A program made the position numbers and the translations under genes. A stretch of 63,021 bases of DNA, filler included, from Welwitschia mirabilis (lineage: Eukaryota), in the NCBI GenBank assembly GCA_051453625.1. It is 4 parts of one record of this genome, joined end to end, with 100 filler letters (N's around TTAATTAATTAA, not from the genome) between each part and the next. Parts side by side here need not be neighbours in the genome. Positions count along the whole stretch, not along the records: positions 40,357 to 63,021 come from JBOZIK010000001.1; 3 more parts are not named here. One strand, 5' to 3'. The notes beneath the pieces were generated by a model, which was given only the letters and a program-made list of their open reading frames with translations, had not been told where the DNA came from and searched no databases. Position 1 is the first letter of the stretch. Every line of letters begins with the position of its first letter. Shown here piece after piece: positions 54,356 through 63,021 of the stretch.

Positions 54356-57300
54356 TATTAACATGTAAAAATTATCATTTATTTTAAGTATTTCAGGCTA
54401 ATTTAGCATAGTTCAGATATTACTTTTATTATTTTAATCATAAAAACATGTATCATGTTATTTTTAATGCTATATCTAACTTTATGCTTTACTCCATGAC
54501 ATTTTTAGGTCATTAACCATAGTTTGGAGCACATGCTAGAAGATGAACCTATTGATGTACAAAACACTGGTAGTGTTGGTTGCATGCATGATGGCACTAG
54601 TCTATAAAGGAATATTTCTTTGTAAGTCACATTCTAGGTTTTTCATGATGATGAGCTATTTTCATTTTTAGGCTATTTCATTTGCTACATCTAGATATTT
54701 TTCCATTTGTCATTAAAAAATGATAAAACCTTAGATGTCAAACTCCTAACCCTAATTTTTACTATAAAAGGGCTTATGACTTATTAGTGTCAATCTATCT
54801 TAAAGAGTAGAATATGGTTTGGAGTTAAAGGAGAATTCTATATCTTCTTTTGGGAATGGACTAGCCTTAAAGTTAGAATGACATTTTGCATTTTATTTTA
54901 CATTTAAGCTTAATCATTTTCTTCTATAACATAATGCTTCATTTTATTTATATAATAAAGATTGTTAATTTCATTCCCTCATTTTAAGTTATGATTGCTT
55001 TTATACTTATAATTCTTGAAGTAAATCTACATGCTTGTCAAGTTTATAATATTTCTTGATTAAATCTTCATGTTCATTTTCTAGTTTTATGGTTTGATCT
55101 TATTTTATGATATTTGAATTAAGTTTCCTACTTTTCATGCTTTTGAATATGATATGAAGGATAAATGTGACTTTAGGATATTACCATCAATTATGTGATA
55201 AATGAGCTAATATCAACATATTTGAAATTCATTGATACTTGGCATAAACTAAGGTTTAATGTAGAATAATGCATATATCATGGAATGGAAGTCTTTCATC
55301 TTAGTAAATTAATCATGTTAGTTCTTAATTGTTATGCTCCATTTTGAATCTTTCACTCATTAATTTAAAAAACTTTTCTTTGTACCTTAATTTGAAATAT
55401 TACCTTAATATGTGCTATAATAGTTTTGTGTTGCTTTACTAATATTTCTCTTATATCTATTTCCAAAAGGAAGAATAACACTAGAGATATACTACAAATA
55501 GAAGTCCTAGAATATTTATTGATAAAAGTTTGAGGTTAGCCTCATAAGATTTTAATCCCTAGTGTGATATTATGTTATCATATATCAATATCAAGATATA
55601 AGAATAGCCATATTTTTACCATAAATAAGCTTTCTAATAATGTTTCCAAGGATAGTGATATGATAGCTATAGTGAAGTAAATACAAATTTTATTTTCTCA
55701 CATTTTAGAATTTTAGTATAATTTTATTTTTTACACTTCCTAGTGTGTGTTACTAGTCCTGTTATAACAAAATCCTAAATAGACCTCATTTTTATTTTCT
55801 TAATCTTTTTAACTCTATTAAATTTATTATTACTATATTAATCTTTCATGTAAGGCTAACAAATTTTGCAAGTTTTTCTTACTTGGTTTCTCTCAAATAG
55901 GAGCTAAAAAGTTGAAAAAAAAAAAAAAAAACTTAAACAAAAAGTTAAAAAAAGGAAGAAACTATTTAATCCTCTTTTTTTCCTATAATTTCCATTACTA
56001 CTACTCTTTATTTTTAGTATTTTTTACATTTAGGCTTAGATTTTTAATTTTTGTTAAGTTTTCTACATTTCTAATATTCTAAGGCTTTTTTATAATTCAT
56101 TTTGTACTACATTTAGCATAAATCCTTTTATCCATTATCCCAAACATAATGTGCATATTTTCTTAACCTATTCTATCTAAAAACTAGTGCCATAATAAGA
56201 CCAAATTGTTGCTATTGTTTTTCTATGAATTTCATTTTTAAATTTTGTTGTATTTTTCCTAACTTTTCTTAATCTTTTTAGGTATATTATACCTTTTGAA
56301 ATTTAAAAAAATTACATGCATTAAAAACATAGTCATAATAATTGTTTATATAAGACATCTATTGAACCTTAAATGGATCCTAATAATGATAACGAAGATA
56401 GACCTTTCTCTATGAGTCATTCACATGAGAGATCACAAGAACATCAACATAATACTAAGTAAAATGAATAACCTTCTTTATAGAGTCCTTAGTTTCCTTT
56501 TTCAAATAATCAATATCCATTTTAAAATCCTTAGTTCTTTCAAAACACTCAATCTCATTTTTCAAACCAACCACCTTTTCAAAATGTTAATTTTGATTTT
56601 TTAAATAATTAATCAGAATTAAATTCCTTCCACATAAATGTTTAGGAATACCATTGTAATAATTCATCATCTAGATTCTCAAATATTATATCTTAAACTA
56701 TCCATTACTCAACTTCTTCCACACTTCTATAGATTTGAATCTAAAGATTCCTCCTTAAAAGAATTTGAATGTGTACTTTTAACTATTCCTAAAAATCCAA
56801 TCAAATCTAATGCATTTAGGTTGATATTATTTTTCTTTTTTCTAAAATAAAAAGCTAAATATTTGTTGTATACATTAAAACCTATCTTTATCATGACTTG
56901 GAGAGATTTAAATTGAGCCTTCATTACTAGGTTCTTTCCTAACCATAAAACCAATGCCTTTAAAAGAGAGATAATGAACTTTTAGTAAAAAGATCATGAA
57001 AACTTATAAAAAATAGTAGAAAGATTTAATAATATACTCTTAAAATGTCCATAACATGATTTTGAATAAGGGAGAATAATTGGTTTATTTTATAAAGGAT
57101 TGTTTTCAAATCACAGACAACTAGTAAAAATGATGTGTAGTGGTAGTTTTCTTAACCTTGAAATAGATAAAGTTTAGAATCATTGAGAATTAATTTTTGA
57201 AAGTTTGAAGAACTAGGATCCCATCATGTAATTAAATATACCAGTGTCTTCAAGATTTCCAATGGTTTAATGTTGATAATAAGATAGATGAATTTTTTAA

Positions 57301-60300
57301 AAACTTTGAATCCATTACTTCTTAGTCGAAGCTCGCAACATATAAACTTGAACACTAAATATGCCATGGTAAAACTCATGAGACATCTAAATGTCCTTCT
57401 ATTACTATCTTTTAAAACATAGTAATTGAGTAAGTCAATGTGATAGGATGGCATTAGTAAACTAAAATGATTACAACTCTAAGTGGAGGAATCATCCAAA
57501 TTTTTCATGGAGACAAGATAACAGTAATAATCAAGCTTTAAATAGTCAACCTAAAAACTTATTTCTCTCCTCCTGTCATTTCTCAAGCTAATATTCTTCA
57601 TCATTAAATCACAAACCTTATCACTAAACATGTTGGAAGAAAGACTAAAAAACTTATGAATTCTTAGACTCAAATTAATCATTAAAACTCTTTCATCTTA
57701 CTTAGACTCAAATAAACATTCAACAACTTAACTAAAATCAATATTAATAAAGAACATTTTTTATGATTTCTAAACCTAATCCTAGAAGCATTAAGATTGT
57801 AGAAAAAGTGGAAAATACTTACATCAAGAAGAGCAAAGTCATTCATCTTAGGATTAGAAGAAAAATTAATTAAGATTTAGAATAAAACCAATCTTATAAC
57901 AATACAGCAACAAAGACCAGTGAGAAAAAAGAAATAGTAGAAGAAATTGAAAAATTAATACCAACTTATAGAAAATGTTTACCATTTCACCAATAGTTTA
58001 AAAAGAAAAATATTATAAGAAATAGCTAAAATGCATAAAATTTTTAAGGATGTAAAAAGTTAACATTTCTCACTTAAAAGCTTTAAAACAAGTACCTTCA
58101 TATGTCAAATTCCTTAAAGACATATGTACTATTAAGATATAGATAAATGTTAAGAAAAAGGATTTTTTAGCAAAACAAACTAGTACTATCATATAAAATC
58201 CAATTCCTTCTAAGTACAAAACTTCTATATTTTCAATGATAGCCATTATCATTAGATATTAACAACTTATAACAGTCTTGTTAGGTCTTAAAGTAAGTAT
58301 TAATTTTTTAGCCTATTGTATTTATAAAGAACTCAGCTTGAATTACCTTAAACACACTAAACTTTAGTTGTAATTATGATATTCTTTGCATTTATCACTT
58401 GGAATAGTAGAACATGTGATACTTTAAGTTAATAATTACTAATTTCCTATTGACGTTATAGTTCTAGTAATCGAATTAGTGAAACATCTTGCAGTTCCTA
58501 TTATTTTAGGAAAACCCTTCTTTGCAACTTCTATGCTTTTATTAATTGTAAGAATGGTCTCATGAAAATCTTATTTGGGAATATGATTATGGATTTGAAT
58601 ATCTTCAATACCATAAAACTACTAGGGGATATTAATAAATTTAACTTTATTGATGGGATTAATAATAAGCTCCATATTTTGAATTTTCTCTCTATGAACA
58701 AAATGTTTCATCTGCTCATTTAAGTTTAATTTCAAATCTATTTGTGGATCTAACCCTTCTTTTAATTTGGATTTCCCTAAGAAGGATGTAAAACATATTT
58801 CTTCCGATGTTGGCCCTAGTCATTCTATGATTGTTCATTCATTTACATCTTCATCTAAGAAAGTTGTTTTACAAGAATTGTTGGAAAAACATAAGAAAGC
58901 CATAGGTTAGAATTCTTTTGATTTTGAACATATAAATCCTAATATTTACACTTTCCATATCATTTCTTAATTTTTAAACTCCTATGCAGAGTCTTCCCAT
59001 GAAAAATTTTTCCTTCCTATGCCATCATTTGATTCCCATTCTTTTTAATTTGAGCCTACCAGTCATTACATTTCTATGTTTTCTCCTTCACATTTTAGTG
59101 AACAATCCCTTATTAGAATATCCTATCCTTAGAATAGTTAAAAAATCCACAAGAAACTATATGTGGCATAAGGATGCTTATCTCACAAAAGAGCCTAAGC
59201 ATTATCACCTATTTAACCATCCCAGTAAGCCATTTCATTCATCTGTTCCATTTTTAAATAATTCCATTAAGCTTACAAATCATTTACTCCTCCCATTCAC
59301 TTATGTATTTTTGAGATTCAATGGCCTTGATTAAGGCACTTTGAGATTAATTAATAATAGGTGATCTTTTTATCATTCTAAGTTTTGGTTGAGATTAGGT
59401 GCACTTATGATTTTTAAAGAAAGTTATTTTTGTTTTGAGTTACGTTGTTAAGGTTTACATTCATTTAAGACCTTCAAGTTAGAAACATTGAATGGATGAA
59501 AAGGTTAAATTTATACTTTCATATGGTATTCTTTATTTTTAAGCAATTATGGGGATAAGATCGTTTCTTTATTAATCTAATGAGCTAATGATCCCCCTTA
59601 TGTGCATATAAAAACTTGATGAGAAGGAGCATCTAAAAACAAAAAGAAACTCTTCTGTAAAAGCATAATTTTTATTTTTTGATCAATTTTATTTTGTTTA
59701 ATGAATTACATTGGGACTATGCATGTTTGCTAGCAATGCAAATCTAACAATCTACTTATGCCACATTCAACTGCATTAGGGATATAGATGCTCACAGGAC
59801 ATGCAGCACTGAAATCATCTTGCACAACACACTTAAACTATTGGAAGAAGGTACCATAACATTAGATTCCCAGTAAGATTAATTGTTTAAAACAAAGGTA
59901 CTCATGATTATAGAAGGAAACATTAAAAAGAAAATTAAGGTTAAAATTTAAGATATTGTGTGTTTTTCTTTCTTTAACAATTACACTCAAGACCTTTTTT
60001 TTTTTTTACTACTCTTGGATTTGTGTGAAGTTTATTTTGTAATACCTTCATTATATGATACTTAAATCCACTAGATAAATTTAAATTCAATAAATAAGAT
60101 CATTAGCTTAGACCTTAGTCTCTTTATTCGTAGGCTACAGGGCTAAGTTTTTCATTTTCATTGTAATTTTTCATTTCATAGACATTTATATTAGCATTTT
60201 TACTTCATTCTCATTGTATGACAAAGCATACAAATAAGCACAAATGTTTTTATTTTGAAATGGCACTTCACTTAATGTTTTGATCCAAGTAAAACAAATT

Positions 60301-62044
60301 CAAATTAGTGATAGAATAAGATTGGCTGAAAATTGGAGATAGTGATTTCTCATAAATACTCCATTAGTTAGCTTTTTCCGCCTTCTCCCTTCTTATGCAT
60401 TGTAGCTTATTTTTGCATTACTTTAAACTTTTGTTCTTTCATTTCTTTTAATTATAATTAAATAACATGAAATAAAGCATCTTTCACTTAAATATTTTAT
60501 TAATTTATTCTCAAGCTCTATATTTATTTTTGCATGTTTTCAAACGTTAGGGACAAAGTTCAACTTTGATTGGGGATATGGCATTTGAACTTTAATTCTT
60601 TTTAAATGCTTTATTTTTAATAAAAAAAGAAATGCTAAAATTTTTCAAGTTTTATCAGTTTCACTTAATTCTTGAATGTTTTTACTTAAAAAGTTTTTTA
60701 GGTTTATCATTTTTTATTAACGTGTTACTAAGGGACTAAAAAAATTTTAATTGAGGGATGTGTTAACACACAACAATTGTCATTTATCTCAATTATTTAA
60801 GGTTATTTTATTACAAGCTAAGATATTAAATTTATTATTTTAATCATGAAAATGTCTCTTCTATCCTATTTATGTCAAAGTTAATTTACACTTTTCACCA
60901 TGATGATTTTACATCTTTAGCTACATCTTGAAGCATGCATTAGAAGATGGACCTAATTCTATGCAAAATAATAGTGATGCTAGTGGCATATGGCTATGGC
61001 ATTAGTAAGTGGAGAAATCCTACTCCAAAGCCTACATTATAAACTCATCATGATAATCCATGTTATTTTTTGCTTTGGACCAAGTTAGTTACATTATTTG
61101 GATATTCCACTAGAAAATGACAAAAACTAAAAGATGGAACCCCAACCTCCTCGTCAAATGCTTGGAGATAGAGAATCTAACTACTCTAACCTTAGACTTC
61201 ACTATAAAAAGAGAAAAATTCCTCACTTTATAACATTATTCGCCATTCGAGAGCATTCATTCTTAAAGTGAAGAAGGTTTCTATCATGTCTTTCGAAGTT
61301 CCTCCTTTTAAAAATGAGCTATCTTTAGGGCTAGCATGATGTTTCTTATTGAAGATTGAGTTTTTATTTTCTAATATACTACATTATTTTCTTCTTATAA
61401 TAAAGATTAATAGTCTTGTTTTGTGATTCTAGGTTATGATTTATTTCACACTTTTAATACTTGATATGAATCTATCTATATATATATATAATCCTTCTTG
61501 TTTATGTTCTAGTATTATAATTTAATTTTATTTAATAAATCTTGGAATGTAATTCTAATTTTCATGCTCATGAGTAGGATATAAAGAACCAAAGTAATAG
61601 GAGAACTGATCACTACTCATGTGTTGAATGAGATAATGTCATCATGATTTGAGCTTTATTAAACTTGGCATATTTTAAATTTAAAGTGTAACTTTGTAAT
61701 ATATTTTTAAATAGAAGTATTTTATCTTGTTGAAAAATTTATGTTAGTTATTAAGTACTATGTCCATTTCTAAAATCTTTTTTTTTTTTGAATTTATCCT
61801 TCATTCTCATTTCGACTTTGAAGTTTGTTTGAATATTTTTACTAGAATAATGAGTATTGATTTAATTTTTTTATGTCACATTATCCCTAAGGTAAAAAAT
61901 GATACTAAGATTGTATTTTAACAAAAGTTCTATTTTATTGATAAAAGTTGAATTTGGTCATGCAAAATTTGTATCACTAGGTAATCTTATATATTATCAT
62001 ATATTGATGATAGATACAAGTGTAGCCATATTTCACCATAAATA
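54356..62044 (+). mobile_element. Non-autonomous Athila-like element C (LTRs ~54356-55627 and 60761-62044)
   Basis: Homologous LTRs; eroded PBS TAATAATGTTTCCAAGGA; PPT GAGGGATG|TGTTAACA; gag and protease remnants, no RT. No clear TSD. Confidence 0.7.
56640..58610 (+). pseudogene. Degenerate gag-protease of element C
   Basis: LKLSITQLLPHFYRFE…LKEFE, FITRFFPNHK, KCPxHDF, PIILGKPFFAT, NGLMKILFGNMIMDLNIFN. Confidence 0.7.
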
Positions 62045-62230
62045 AAGATACCTTAAACATCTTCCTCATCTTGGTTTAAGCTAAATGGTAGGCAAAATTT
62101 TATCAAAATAAACATTATTAAAATCTTTTANNNNNNNNNNNNNNNNNNNNNNNNNNNNNNNNNNNNNNNNNNNNNNNNNNNNNNNNNNNNNNNNNNNNNN
62201 NNNNNNNNNNNNNNNNNNNNNNNNNNNNNN

Positions 62231-62339
62231 TTCAAAGATGTACTTTTAAAATTCCCATAACATGATTTTAAATAAGAAAAAAAACCATTAGATTATTTTA
62301 TGAAGGACAATCTTTAAATCATAAATAATTTGTAGAGAT
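62231..62339 (+). pseudogene. Short gag fragment homologous to ~57020-57130
   Basis: FKDVLLKFPxHDF…DYFYEG. Confidence 0.5.
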
Positions 62340-62929
62340 TAAAGGATCTAGAACCCTAGAAAGGGGAGAGGAGTAGGGTAAATAAGATTTAAAAAATAAG
62401 CCAATATATTCACAAACTATCTTCATAAGAAATGAATACTAAAATATTTGTGTAAAAAAAAAATAATTTTAAAGTAGACAATTAAAAGTATAAAAGTACT
62501 AATGAAGATGGACACATAATTTATAATGATTCAAGAAACTCCTTACTCCACTCTCAATAATTAGCTTCTACCTAAGCTTGATCTAGATCTTCTTTAAACA
62601 CTTTCTAGGTATTTTAGGGTCACCTATAACCTTTACAATTAGACTTTTCAAAGGCTTAGTCTCAATCTTTAGAAAGAATGCAATGCGGTAATAATAGTGT
62701 ATCATAATGCACAGGTTCCGCTAGATCTTTAGCTTGAGAATGATATTGCTACACTACTTGAGATGATAGTGCAATCCACGAATGTACAGTAATATCTAAG
62801 CACATGTAAGATTTTAGCTAAACTATCTTTTTTGGGTGCACGTGAAAATTTTCCTAGTTTTTCTATGCATGTTTTAGCTAAACCATCATTTTTCATAAAC
62901 ATGTAAAATTGCTAGGCTTAGCTAGCATT

Positions 62930-62960
<31 letters not shown>

Positions 62961-63021
62961 TCCCCCCCTCCCTCCCTCCCCCCTCCCTTCCTCCATCCCT
63001 CCTTCTCTCTCTCTCTCTCTC
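62340..63021 (-). mobile_element. SIRE-like copia LTR, minus strand, running out of the window
   Basis: CCCTAGAAAGGGGAGAGGAGTAGGGTAAATA resembles the reverse complement of the SIRE U5 TATTCACCCCCCCTCTAG signature. Confidence 0.45.
62935..63021 (+). repeat. (CT)n / pyrimidine-rich microsatellite
   Basis: Directly visible. Confidence 0.9.

Overview
AT-rich, gap-riddled eukaryotic (land-plant-like) heterochromatic window made almost entirely of decayed, nested LTR retrotransposons; I find no intact host gene. (1) 1-18974: two tandem copies of a non-autonomous Tat/Ogre-clade Ty3/gypsy element (gag + aspartic protease only; tRNA-Asn-type PBS). Each carries the same captured cassette: an intronless antisense anamorsin/DRE2 copy, an antisense PMEI-domain gene and an unidentified sense coding fragment. 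(2) ~19.4-19.5 kb: an orphan gankyrin-like ankyrin exon. (3) 21-62 kb: several non-autonomous Athila-like elements (tRNA-Asp-type PBS), one nested in the LTR of a relative with a recognisable TSD, plus a broken SIRE-like copia element. The most unexpected signal is a ~160-nt, relatively GC-rich, potentially pseudoknotted RNA-like motif in the 3' non-coding region of both the Tat-like and the Athila-like elements (5 complete and 2 gap-truncated copies). About two dozen dispersed ~40-bp hairpin repeats occur in the Athila-like elements. C>T/G>A erosion is pervasive. TTAATTAATTAA linkers inside N runs mark contig joins, so adjacency across them is provisional.
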